Made by a program: the position numbers and the translations under genes. Below the pieces are notes generated by a model. The model had not been told where the DNA came from, made no database searches, and worked only from the letters and a program-made list of their open reading frames with translations. A DNA stretch of 51,320 bases from NCBI GenBank assembly GCA_040752575.1, contig JBFMGK010000036.1, forward strand, positions 1-51,320, read 5' to 3'. The DNA is from Candidatus Bipolaricaulota bacterium (GTDB lineage: Bacteria; Bipolaricaulota; Bipolaricaulia; UBA7950; UBA9294). This document shows positions 1 to 8,218 of this stretch, in pieces; position 1 is the stretch's first letter; each line of letters opens with the position of its first letter.

Positions 1-934
1 CGGTGGGCGGGGCAGGTTCTGCCGCGTCCGGAAGGATCTGCTCGATCGATCGCCGCAGCGCGTCGAGGTCCGAAACGGCCAGCGCGTCGTCGATCGCGTC
101 CCGGGCCTCGAGCGGAAGGGAAGCGGCCGCGGCCCGGAGGGCCGCGGCTTCGTCGGATCCCAGGGGAGTCCCTTGGGACAGGCGGTCGCGCCAGGCTTCG
201 AGGTCGTGGCTCGTGGGACTTGCCGATCCGGGCGAGAGCGTTGCCGCGGAGGCGTCGGGGAGGCCATACGGTTCGCCTTGTGCAGGTCGGAGCTCGGCCA
301 ATACGTCGGCCAAGGCCAGAGGCCGCGAGGCAGGCGGCGGGGGAGAGACGAGGCCGGTGCCGCTGTCCGGAACGGGAGAAGGGCCCGTCACCTCCGGCGC
401 GACCGCGGCGGCCGATATGCCCGACCCTCCCGGGGCCGGCTCAAGGAACCGAGCGGGGACCATCCAGGCAACGACCATCGCCGCGCAGCCGAGACTCGCG
501 GCGGCGAGCCGAATCGCGCGATCGCGCCTCGAAGGGCGCAAGGCGTTGCGCCACGGGGGATCGAGCTGCTCGAGTTCGCGCAGGAGACGGGCGGGGATCT
601 CCGGCGGACAAGCGGATGTGCGGGCGCCGAGCTCGTAGAGAGAACTCAGGCGTGCGGCGAGCCCAAGGCGCACGTCAACATCGAACAGCAGGAAGGGCGT
701 GGGCAGAGCGCGTCGCCGTGCGAGGAGGAACGCGGCGGGCGCGGCGATCCAGGGCACGATGGATGCGACGAGGCGTGCCGCGAAGGGCTCGACGAGGCCT
801 GCGAGGCGCAAAGCACCAAACGCCACAAGGGCGACCAGATGAACCGCGCCGAATGCGGCGGCCGCAGCGGCGAGCCCGCGAAGACGGCGGTGCCGCCGCA
901 GCAGGCTCTCTACGAGGTCATGAACGCGGAGCAT
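1..934 (-). CDS. Membrane protein, partial (runs off left edge); resembles proteins of MoxR/vWA-associated operons
   Basis: Not in the ORF track; read manually. ATG at 934 with GAGGAG upstream, overlapping the previous gene; no stop down to position 2. MLRVHDLVESLLRR... has three hydrophobic segments and DVRLGLAARLSSLYEL, similar to the 'D.RLGL.ERL.TA.E' motif of such proteins. Confidence 0.7.
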   Translation of the reverse strand, partial: MLRVHDLVESLLRRHRRLRGLAAAAAAFGAVHLVALVAFGALRLAGLVEPFAARLVASIVPWIAAPAAFLLARRRALPTPFLLFDVDVRLGLAARLSSLYELGARTSACPPEIPARLLRELEQLDPPWRNALRPSRRDRAIRLAAASLGCAAMVVAWMVPARFLEPAPGGSGISAAAVAPEVTGPSPVPDSGTGLVSPPPPASRPLALADVLAELRPAQGEPYGLPDASAATLSPGSASPTSHDLEAWRDRLSQGTPLGSDEAAALRAAAASLPLEARDAIDDALAVSDLDALRRSIEQILPDAAEPAPPT

Positions 935-1592
935 GGATCTCCTCTCTCACGGCCTGGAGAACGAGCACCGCGGTGATCGTGGCGAGCAAGGCGGGGACGA
1001 GCGTGAACCCGAGCTCGAGTGCCGTGGGTCCGCGAAGAGCCGCCAAAGCGGCTCCAAGAGGGCTCAGGGCAGCGAGAAAGCGAGCCGTTGGCGAGACCAG
1101 GGCGACCATGGGCAGGAGCGCATGGGCGAGGGCGACCGACCAGGCGGCCGGGGCGGTCGCGAGACCTCGGCGAAAGCACGCTCGGGCCGCGGCGAATGCT
1201 TCGATGCTCACGGCCGCCGAGCCCACAAGAACGACTGCGAGGGCGAGGAGGGGGCGGCGCGAGTTCCCGGGAGCGAGGATCGCGGACGTGAGAACGAGAG
1301 GTGCGGACAGAAACAGCGCGCCGGCAACCTGCAGGGGGAGGGAGAGCAGGTGGAGGCGCTGGCGACGAGGCAACCAGTGGATCGTTGCGGCACGCTGCGC
1401 GGCGTAGAGCGGTGCGAGGAAACCGAGGACGACGAAGAACGGCAGAGGGGACGGGCGCCAGGGGAAGAGGAAATAGTCGCCGACGCGGCCCACCCAGGGC
1501 ATGGAGAGGACCAGGGCGAGTCCCGATGTGGCGAGGAAGCCGAGCAGTGCGCCGTATCCGCCGTTTCCAAGAAACACTTCTGCCGCATTCAC
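918..1592 (-). CDS. Polytopic membrane protein (ABC-2 permease-like, uncertain)
   Basis: GTG start overlaps the upstream TGA (GTGA), with GGAGGA RBS; about 6 hydrophobic helices. Confidence 0.7.
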   Translation of the reverse strand: MNAAEVFLGNGGYGALLGFLATSGLALVLSMPWVGRVGDYFLFPWRPSPLPFFVVLGFLAPLYAAQRAATIHWLPRRQRLHLLSLPLQVAGALFLSAPLVLTSAILAPGNSRRPLLALAVVLVGSAAVSIEAFAAARACFRRGLATAPAAWSVALAHALLPMVALVSPTARFLAALSPLGAALAALRGPTALELGFTLVPALLATITAVLVLQAVREEIHAPRS

Positions 1593-3298
1593 GAACGTCC
1601 TCCGGTCACGAGGTCCACGTCGGCAAGTCTCACTTTTGCGCGCCCGGGCAAGTCCGACGCGATGCTCTCCTCTTCGGAGAGCGCGACGAGCCATGCGTCC
1701 GGCATCTCGCCGATCCAATCAGCGACCAGTCTGTACAGAAGCGTCTCGCGACCGTCCAACGCCGAGGCGCTGACCTGCGTAAGGTCCACGAGGCGTACGG
1801 GGACGTCGAGGGCATCGCGGGGAACGCGGTAGTAGAAGCCGTCCACCACAAGGAGGCAGGCCGAGAGCGTTTGGCCGAGGAGCCGGCGCACGCAATACGT
1901 CGTCACGGACTCCGAGTCGGCGACCTCGAGCGAAAGGCCGGCGGGGGCGCGGCCGTGAGCGCGGAGCACCGGGCGTGTCCCGCCTGGGAGAGCCAGAGTT
2001 GTCGCATCGAGGGCGCTTTCCATGGCGTAGACCCGGTCCACCGACGTGGGAACGCCAGCCTGGACGGGGAAGGCTCCCTTTTCGTGGTTGACGTACACCA
2101 CGCTGGAGGTGAGAGCAAAGAAACAGTACGAAACAGTACTAAAACCGAACGATGTAGTGATCCGTAATGTCGTCTCTGTAGAGTATTGGTACGCGACCGT
2201 TGTGGCCAGGTTCACATAGAAACTGCACGCAACGGACAACAGAAACACGCCGAGTACTGCCGCCAAGCCCGCGAGACGCGCATGCTTCCGTGCGAAGCGG
2301 CCGGCGAGCACAACGCCGGCGAGGAGAGCACCCAGGATGGCGGGAACGAACCCATAGGGCGGGCGAAGAACGCGGGTCTCGTTGAGGAGAGTCTCCGCGA
2401 GCGACTGCGCAGCCAGCAGAGGGCGAGCGCGTGGTACGTGGACGTTGAGGCGTGCGAGTTCGGCCGCGGCGAGATCGCGAACCCGCAGGGTAACCAGAGA
2501 GACCTGTCCCGCGCCGTAAGGAGTGCGTACGAGAAGGGGCTGTCCGCGGGCCGACAGCAACACGCGGGCCCCCGGACGGGGTATCCCGGACAGAAACGAG
2601 GGTTGGTCCACCGATGAGAGCACAACCGGATCGTCAAGCGGCAGCAGGTGACGCGCTGCAGCGCAGTCCCACTGATAGAAGTCTTCGCCCGAGAAGATGA
2701 CGAGCGATCCGCCGGCGCTGACCCAGGCGCCGAGGGCCATCCACGCCGCGCGTGATGTCAGAGGAGATGTCAGCCAGACGCTCGCCACGCCGTCATAGGC
2801 CCACGCGTCCGACGGGAGCGACGTTGGGGAGACGACGGCCTCGCTCCCGTCGAAGTGAAGGGGAGCACCGGCGATGACGACGAGAGGAAGACCGCGCGCC
2901 GATTGGCGCGCCGGCTGAGTCGTCGAAGCGAGGACGGTTCCATCCTCGTGGACGAGCTGGACGAGCACGGGCAGGACGGCGTCGTATGCGGGCACCGTCG
3001 CGCTGTAGGTCGCGTTGCTGACGGTTCCACGGAAGATCTCGTGGACCGCGACGCGAGGCGGCGTGGAGCGCGTGTCGAGGATCTGTTTGATCAGCAGGCG
3101 CGCGGCGGTCGGCCTGTCCAGCCCTGTGACGGTGACACTCGCCGGAGCGTAGTGGTAGCGGACGAACTGACCGTCAAACCCGAAGGCGAGAGCAACGCTT
3201 GGACTGCCCGCGGCGCGCGGCGAGACGAGGGCAACGCAGAGGAGGAAGAAGAGCCAGCCGCCGGACGCGGACAAGTACGGTACTCGGATCCTGCGCAT
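1589..3298 (-). CDS. Large exported/membrane protein with glutamine-amidotransferase-like central domain
   Basis: ATG 3298 after GAGGGG; N-terminal signal/TM segment; 'ALGAWVSAGGSLVIFSG' and 'PLLVRTPYGAGQV' motifs; two TM helices near aa 320-365. Confidence 0.7.
   Translation of the reverse strand: MRRIRVPYLSASGGWLFFLLCVALVSPRAAGSPSVALAFGFDGQFVRYHYAPASVTVTGLDRPTAARLLIKQILDTRSTPPRVAVHEIFRGTVSNATYSATVPAYDAVLPVLVQLVHEDGTVLASTTQPARQSARGLPLVVIAGAPLHFDGSEAVVSPTSLPSDAWAYDGVASVWLTSPLTSRAAWMALGAWVSAGGSLVIFSGEDFYQWDCAAARHLLPLDDPVVLSSVDQPSFLSGIPRPGARVLLSARGQPLLVRTPYGAGQVSLVTLRVRDLAAAELARLNVHVPRARPLLAAQSLAETLLNETRVLRPPYGFVPAILGALLAGVVLAGRFARKHARLAGLAAVLGVFLLSVACSFYVNLATTVAYQYSTETTLRITTSFGFSTVSYCFFALTSSVVYVNHEKGAFPVQAGVPTSVDRVYAMESALDATTLALPGGTRPVLRAHGRAPAGLSLEVADSESVTTYCVRRLLGQTLSACLLVVDGFYYRVPRDALDVPVRLVDLTQVSASALDGRETLLYRLVADWIGEMPDAWLVALSEEESIASDLPGRAKVRLADVDLVTGGRS
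2118..2150 (+). repeat. Three phased ~10-bp direct repeats (GAAACAGTAC x2, AAAACCGAAC) in an AT-rich patch
   Basis: aagaaacagtac-gaaacagtac-taaaaccgaac; 2111-2190 is 33/80 G+C by hand count. Confidence 0.7.
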
Positions 3299-3386
3299 AG
3301 TGCCCCCTCGGCCGTGCCGCGGGCACAGCCTTGCGAGAGGGAAGCAGAAGTATCGCCGCGGTCGCGGCGTCAATCAATGAGGGCGT

Positions 3387-4004
3387 CTACTGCGGGAGAT
3401 TGTCCACGGCGACCAACGCGTCTTCGTCAAGCACGTCGGCGTAGATCTGCGTGGTCTGAATCGAACGATGGCCCAGTTGCTTCTGGACGAGGCGCAAGTT
3501 GAAACCGGAGGCGCGGTAGAGCATCGAGGCGTACGTGTGACGGCAGGAGTGAATCGAGAAGCGTTTTGGGATCCCGGCTTCGTCTGCGCGGGCGCGGAAG
3601 ATACGGTACACGGCGGTTCGCGTCAGCGCCGCGCCGCGTGCCGAGGCGAACAGGGGGGCGCGCGGACCACAGGGCTCGCCAGCGGCCTCCTTCCAGGCGA
3701 GGAACGCCAACAAGTGCTCGCGGAGCGCCGCGCCGACCTTCACGCCGCGCTTCTTCCCTCCCTTCCCGTCGCGCACGATCAGCGCCGCATGGGGACCTTC
3801 GAGAAGGACGTCGCGAAGCTGAAGAGCGCAGATTTCCGAGGCGCGGAGCCCCGAGTCAAGGGCGAGATGGAGGAGGGCCCAGTCGCGTTCGGGCCGTTGC
3901 CGGCCGTCGGGCGATGCCTTCTCGGCTCGGCTGCGGCAGGTTTCCTTGAGGGCTCGAACCTGGTCCGGCGTCATGAAGTCTTCGTAGGTGACCTCGAGGG
4001 GCAT
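3387..4004 (-). CDS. Short tyrosine recombinase (catalytic domain only, FimB/FimE-sized)
   Basis: All catalytic residues present: GLRASE (R), DGKGGK (K), HSCRH (HxxR), LGH (H), TTQIY (Y); GGAGG RBS; 205 aa with no N-terminal core-binding domain. Confidence 0.93.
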   Translation of the reverse strand: MPLEVTYEDFMTPDQVRALKETCRSRAEKASPDGRQRPERDWALLHLALDSGLRASEICALQLRDVLLEGPHAALIVRDGKGGKKRGVKVGAALREHLLAFLAWKEAAGEPCGPRAPLFASARGAALTRTAVYRIFRARADEAGIPKRFSIHSCRHTYASMLYRASGFNLRLVQKQLGHRSIQTTQIYADVLDEDALVAVDNLPQ

Positions 4005-4069
4005 CTTGTCCTCCCTTTGGGGCGCGCTGGAACGCTAGCCGTGGAAGGGGGGGCCGGGGAAGACAACTG

Positions 4070-4097
4070 ACGCAACAAAAGGGTACTTTTGTTGCGA
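4070..4097. other. Candidate tyrosine-recombinase core site (dif-like palindrome)
   Basis: ACGCAACAAAA-GGGTAC-TTTTGTTGCGA; perfect 11-bp inverted repeat at 4071-4081/4086-4096, about 66 bp upstream of the recombinase start. Confidence 0.6.
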
Positions 4098-4148
4098 GAG
4101 AACCCGTAGGTCCTGGAAAGCGCGTAGGGAAGGGCATGACAGCCTCGC

Positions 4149-4169
4149 CGCCATCCAGAGCGGATGGCG
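4149..4169. other. Stem-loop downstream of HD gene
   Basis: CGCCATCC-agagc-GGATGGCG, 8-bp stem; no U-tract. Confidence 0.3.
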
Positions 4170-4233
4170 AAGCGCGACCGGCCGCCCCGCATCGAAGGCC
4201 GCCCGAGGCGTCCGAGGCCATGCAAGGGGCATC

Positions 4234-5007
4234 CTACTCGATCGCATAGTGCTCAACGATGCGCTCCTCCTCTCCGGTAACCTCGGCAAGGACTTCGACA
4301 TACGGGGCGAGGGTCGAGTTCTTCAGCTTCTCCCGCAGGAGGTTGTCGAGTTGGAAGATGCCCGCCGAGTTGGACATCTGGATGGTGATCTTGATCGGCT
4401 TCTTGGCGCCTGCCGCGAGACGGACCTTGCGAATGGCCATCGCCGACACCGAATGAATTGTGGGCTCGCCGGTCGAGAAGGGGATCCGGGCCCGACCGGA
4501 TTCCATGTCGAGGGCGTCGGCCACCTTGACGACGCCCGCCTCAAGGGTGAGGGGCTGGATGTCACGTTGGTGCGTCAGGATGGCATGGAGGATCTCGGAC
4601 TTCATCAGTGCAAGCTCACGCTCGCCGTAGAGGCCGGCCAGAAGTGTGTCGACGAGCGGAGCGGCGAGAACCACGGACAGAAGTTCGTGATCGCGGCGGT
4701 GCACGGCGTGGCCTACGTCGTGAAGCACGGAAGCGAGAACCACGATGACCTCAGCGTCTTCGGGGCGGAGGCCGTGGTGCTCGACGGAGCTGGGCTGGAT
4801 CCCGGCGGTGGTGAGCAGACGCAGGAGCTTGAGCGCGATGTTCGCCATGATCTTGATGTGGACCGGGCCGTGATCGTTGATCCGCAACCGATCGATTGCC
4901 GTGATGTTCGAGGCTTCCCAATAGGCCTGAAGAACGGGAGATGCATTGATGCGGGCGAGCAACTCGGCGAGGGTCTCGTTGCCTCGGGTCGGAAGATTAA
5001 GCGCCAT
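4234..5007 (-). CDS. HD-domain metal-dependent phosphohydrolase (COG3294-like)
   Basis: NDHGPVH, LHDVGH, KVADALDM, GRARIPF and NSAGIFQ motifs; ATG 5007 after CAGGAGG. Confidence 0.88.
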   Translation of the reverse strand: MALNLPTRGNETLAELLARINASPVLQAYWEASNITAIDRLRINDHGPVHIKIMANIALKLLRLLTTAGIQPSSVEHHGLRPEDAEVIVVLASVLHDVGHAVHRRDHELLSVVLAAPLVDTLLAGLYGERELALMKSEILHAILTHQRDIQPLTLEAGVVKVADALDMESGRARIPFSTGEPTIHSVSAMAIRKVRLAAGAKKPIKITIQMSNSAGIFQLDNLLREKLKNSTLAPYVEVLAEVTGEEERIVEHYAIE

Positions 5008-5464
5008 CGACGTCCTCCTGAAGACGCGTCCACCAACGCGCTGCGGCGCCCTCCGCGGGGACACGGCTCGACGAGGCGGGGGGAAGCGCGGCGCGTTCGA
5101 GGGCGGCGACGCGGGAGCGCAGCTGGCCGACGTCTTCCTGCAGCGCGCGGAGCGCGCGGAGTACGGTTTCGTCCGGCATCGACTGGTTTAGCCGTGAAGT
5201 AGACGAAACCGACACAGCAGGAGTAACGTGAAATAAAGACTTTGATTGCAAGACCTGGCTCGCCTCTGTTAACCTTAGTCCGCTATCGAGCAACTCCTGG
5301 AGGCTGCGGAGAAGGGCGAGTCCGTCGTCGGCCACGAGGATCTGGTTGTTGGGGCCGCGTCGCAAAAAGGGTTCGAGGAGGTCGCGAACGGCGTCGATGC
5401 GGTTGCGGACCTGGTGAGTCGTTGTGAGGCCGAGGGCCTTGCGGAGACTCGAGATCGTGTGCAT
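4997..5464 (-). CDS. MerR/RacA-like HTH protein with coiled coil and C-terminal aromatic amphipathic tail
   Basis: MHTISSLRKALGL...RRGPNNQILV...GLRLTEASQVL (MerR-like wHTH), LQEDVGQLRSRVAALE (coiled coil), ARWWTRL tail; overlaps the HD gene start. Confidence 0.7.
   Translation of the reverse strand: MHTISSLRKALGLTTTHQVRNRIDAVRDLLEPFLRRGPNNQILVADDGLALLRSLQELLDSGLRLTEASQVLQSKSLFHVTPAVSVSSTSRLNQSMPDETVLRALRALQEDVGQLRSRVAALERAALPPASSSRVPAEGAAARWWTRLQEDVDGA
5246..5275 (+). promoter_or_regulatory. Putative sigma70 promoter antisense within the MerR-like gene
   Basis: TTGCAA-N18-TAACCT with extended -10 TG at 5267-5268 and an A/T-rich upstream tract (GAAATAAAGACTTTGA). Confidence 0.45.
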
Positions 5465-5471
5465 GGCTCCG

Positions 5472-5500
5472 ACGATAGCCGACGGAGACGATTGCGCCAA
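5472..5500 (-). promoter_or_regulatory. sigma70 promoter of the MerR-like gene (leaderless)
   Basis: TTGGCG-N17-TATCGT-N7-ATG. Confidence 0.55.
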
Positions 5501-5510
5501 ACAGGCCGAA

Positions 5511-5539
5511 TTGTGAGAGGTCGATGCATGCGGTAGCCT
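5511..5539 (+). promoter_or_regulatory. sigma70 promoter of mutL (leaderless)
   Basis: TTGTGA-N17-TAGCCT-N6-ATG; no SD. Confidence 0.55.
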
Positions 5540-5545
5540 CTTCGC

Positions 5546-7294
5546 ATGCCGATCGTACGCCTGACCGAGGAGCTCGCCGGGAAAATCGCCGCCGGAGAAG
5601 TGATCGATCGTCCGGTCGCGGTGGTGAAGGAGCTCGTTGAGAACGCTATCGACGCCGGGAGTCGCGCGATCGAAGTCGAGATCCAAGGCGGCGGACTCGA
5701 GCGCATTGTCGTGCGCGATGACGGCGAAGGCATGGCGCGCGAGGATCTCGTCCTGTGCGTCGAGCGTCACACGACGAGCAAGATCCGTTCCGAGGACGAC
5801 CTCGCGGCCATCCGGACCCTTGGATTCCGCGGCGAAGCCCTGGCCAGCATCGCGTCGGTCTCGCATCTTCGCGTGACGTCGCGGGCGCAAGGCGATGAGG
5901 ACGCGTGGGCGGTCCTCGTGGTGGCCGGTCGGACGGAGAAGATCGCCCCGGAGGCTCGCGCCGCAGGGACGACGGTTGACGTGGAACGGCTCTTCTTCAA
6001 CCTTCCCGCCCGAGCGAAGTTCCTCGGGGCGCCTCGAACCGAGGCGCTTCACGTCCATCGTGCCGTGGAGCGCCTCGCGCTGACGGCGCCGGAAGTGAGC
6101 TTCGTGCTGCGGCATGATGGCCGCGAAGTGCTTGCGACGCCGTGTGTTCCGACGCTCGTCGACCGCGCGGCGCAGGTCTACGGGGCGGAGGTTTCGCGGG
6201 GACTCATCACGCTCGACGGGCGGCGGGGAGCGATTCGCGTCACGGGCTGCGTGAGCGGACGGGACGTGAAGCGGGGAACCCGCCGGGATCAGCTGTTCAT
6301 CGTGAATGGACGCGCGGTGTCTGACCGTGGGCTAGGCTACGTCCTCGCCAGCGCGTACGGCGGGATTCTCCGTCCAGGGAGCTTCCCGATTGCCGTGATC
6401 GCGATCGACCTGCCTCCTGAGCAGGTCGATGTCAACGTGCACCCTCGCAAAGAGGAGGTTCGATTCGCAGCGCCGCGCGAGGTGCAGGATGCCCTTGCCT
6501 CGACGCTCCATCAGGCCCTCTCTTCGCCGCAGATGATCGGCACCATGGCATCGGCTCCGCGGGTCGACGGCACGGTCGCATCGGGCCCGAGCGCGGATCG
6601 CGTACGCGAACGGCCGGTCTTCTGGGGAGAGGGCGATCGCGCACCGACCTTCCCCGGGTTCGCGGGCTCCGTCCTGCGCACCGCAGCGACATCGCCGGAC
6701 CTGCACCCGACGTCAGATCGCCGCGTCGTGGGGCAGCTTCACGACACCTACCTGCTCGTCGAAGCCCCGGACGGTCTAGAGATCGTGGACCAGCACATTC
6801 TGCACGAGCGGGTGCTGTATGAGAAACTCCGCGAAGATCTCGCTGCGGAAGGGATCGCGCGCCAGCTGTTCTTGCTCCCGGCGCGGGTCGAGCTTCCGTT
6901 CGAGAGCGCGAGCATCCTCTCCGAGCACCTCGAGGCACTCGCTGAACTGGGTGTTGTGATCGAAGCGTTCGGCGGCGGCACGTTCCTCCTACGCGAGTAT
7001 CCGAGGAGACTCGCCGACGATCAGACACCGCGGGGATTCCAGGAAGTGGTCGACGCGCTCGTCGAGGTCTTGCGTGAGGGGCACGACCCGGGTCCGACGC
7101 TGTTCGAAGAGCTGCTCCGCACCCTGGCCTGCGGGGCCGCCGTCAAGGCGGGCGAGCGCCTCCCGCTCGTTGACGCACAGGCGCTGTTGGATCAGCTTTG
7201 GCAGACGGAGAACCCGTATAGCTGTCCGCATGGCCGGCCGATCATCGTCCATCTCGGGCGCGAGGAACTCGACCGACGCTTCGGAAGGCGCTAG
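5546..7294 (+). CDS. mutL: DNA mismatch repair endonuclease MutL
   Basis: IAAGEVIDRP, KELVENAIDAG, TLGFRGEALAS, DVNVHPRKEEV, DQHILHER, CPHGRP. Confidence 0.98.
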   Translation: MPIVRLTEELAGKIAAGEVIDRPVAVVKELVENAIDAGSRAIEVEIQGGGLERIVVRDDGEGMAREDLVLCVERHTTSKIRSEDDLAAIRTLGFRGEALASIASVSHLRVTSRAQGDEDAWAVLVVAGRTEKIAPEARAAGTTVDVERLFFNLPARAKFLGAPRTEALHVHRAVERLALTAPEVSFVLRHDGREVLATPCVPTLVDRAAQVYGAEVSRGLITLDGRRGAIRVTGCVSGRDVKRGTRRDQLFIVNGRAVSDRGLGYVLASAYGGILRPGSFPIAVIAIDLPPEQVDVNVHPRKEEVRFAAPREVQDALASTLHQALSSPQMIGTMASAPRVDGTVASGPSADRVRERPVFWGEGDRAPTFPGFAGSVLRTAATSPDLHPTSDRRVVGQLHDTYLLVEAPDGLEIVDQHILHERVLYEKLREDLAAEGIARQLFLLPARVELPFESASILSEHLEALAELGVVIEAFGGGTFLLREYPRRLADDQTPRGFQEVVDALVEVLREGHDPGPTLFEELLRTLACGAAVKAGERLPLVDAQALLDQLWQTENPYSCPHGRPIIVHLGREELDRRFGRR

Positions 7295-8181
7295 ACGGGC
7301 ACGAGGACCTTCAGAGCTCCCGGTACGATCGACACGTCGAACGATGCCTTCGGGAGTTCATAGGGCTCTCCGTCCATGTGCGCAATGAGCTTGGCTTCGG
7401 AGGAGATGGTGGCGCGAGCGGTCTGCTCGTAACGCACCTGGGAGAGCGACAAGTGCTTACCGGCTCGCGCCTGCGGAAGGCGAATCAGTCGCTCGAGCTT
7501 CGGGAAGTCGCCGATCGCCGCCACGTCGATCAGGCCGTCGGCGACCTCGGCGCGCGGCGCGAGCATGAAGCCGCCGCCGCAGAACTTCCCATTGGCGACG
7601 CCGAGGGAGAGGCAGTTCATCGTCTGCTCGCCGCTCGCCGTGGCGATGTGAACCGGGAAAGCCGAGAAGCGGAAGACCTCCTTCACTGCGGCGTAGAGGT
7701 AGGCGGGAGCCCCGCGCAAGTGCTCCATGGCCAGCACGTCGCGCGCGACCTGGGCGTCGATTCCCATCCCAAGCCCATTCACGAAATGGCGATCCGCTCC
7801 GACCCGCCCTAGGTCGACCGTCTTCTCAACGGCGCGGGGAAGGGCGCGCGCCGCCGTCACGGGATCCGACGGGATTCCCATCATCCGGGCGAAGTCGTTG
7901 CCCTTTCCTGCCGGGATCACGCCGAGGACGGCCGCCCGGCCTACGAGACCGTTAGCTACCTCGTTGATCGTCCCATCGCCCCCCATCGCGACGATGTTCC
8001 GGAACCCCGCTTCCACGCCCATACGCGCGGCGTCGATGGCTTCGAGGGGCTCGTTCGTGTAGTGGACATCGAACGGAATGCGGGCGCGCTCGAGCGCATG
8101 CTGAACCCGCGGGAACGCGGCCTTGCAGCGGCCCTGTCCGGCAATGAGGTTGACGATCAGGAAGTACTTCTCGTCGTTCAT
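7291..8181 (-). CDS. Diacylglycerol/lipid kinase family (YegS/DagK)
   Basis: GGDGTINEV, IPAGKGNDFA, NGKFCGGG, HMDGE. Confidence 0.93.
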   Translation of the reverse strand: MNDEKYFLIVNLIAGQGRCKAAFPRVQHALERARIPFDVHYTNEPLEAIDAARMGVEAGFRNIVAMGGDGTINEVANGLVGRAAVLGVIPAGKGNDFARMMGIPSDPVTAARALPRAVEKTVDLGRVGADRHFVNGLGMGIDAQVARDVLAMEHLRGAPAYLYAAVKEVFRFSAFPVHIATASGEQTMNCLSLGVANGKFCGGGFMLAPRAEVADGLIDVAAIGDFPKLERLIRLPQARAGKHLSLSQVRYEQTARATISSEAKLIAHMDGEPYELPKASFDVSIVPGALKVLVPV

Positions 8182-8188
8182 GGCGCCG

Positions 8189-8218
8189 ATCCTACGGAGC
8201 TTGGGCGCTTCCTGTCAA
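8189..8218 (-). promoter_or_regulatory. sigma70 promoter of the lipid kinase gene (leaderless)
   Basis: TTGACA-N18-TAGGAT-N7-ATG; no SD. Confidence 0.65.

Noticed and set aside
2111..2240. AT-rich patch as a DGR variable region or oriC unwinding element
   Set aside because: No reverse transcriptase, template repeat or DnaA boxes in the window.
3387..4004. Integron integrase or prophage integrase
   Set aside because: No IntI-specific insertion, attC array, tRNA att site or phage genes.
2128..5172. 12/13-bp inverted match as the ends of an invertible segment for the recombinase
   Set aside because: Both sites lie inside genes on the same strand, so inversion would destroy both; kept only as a shared motif.
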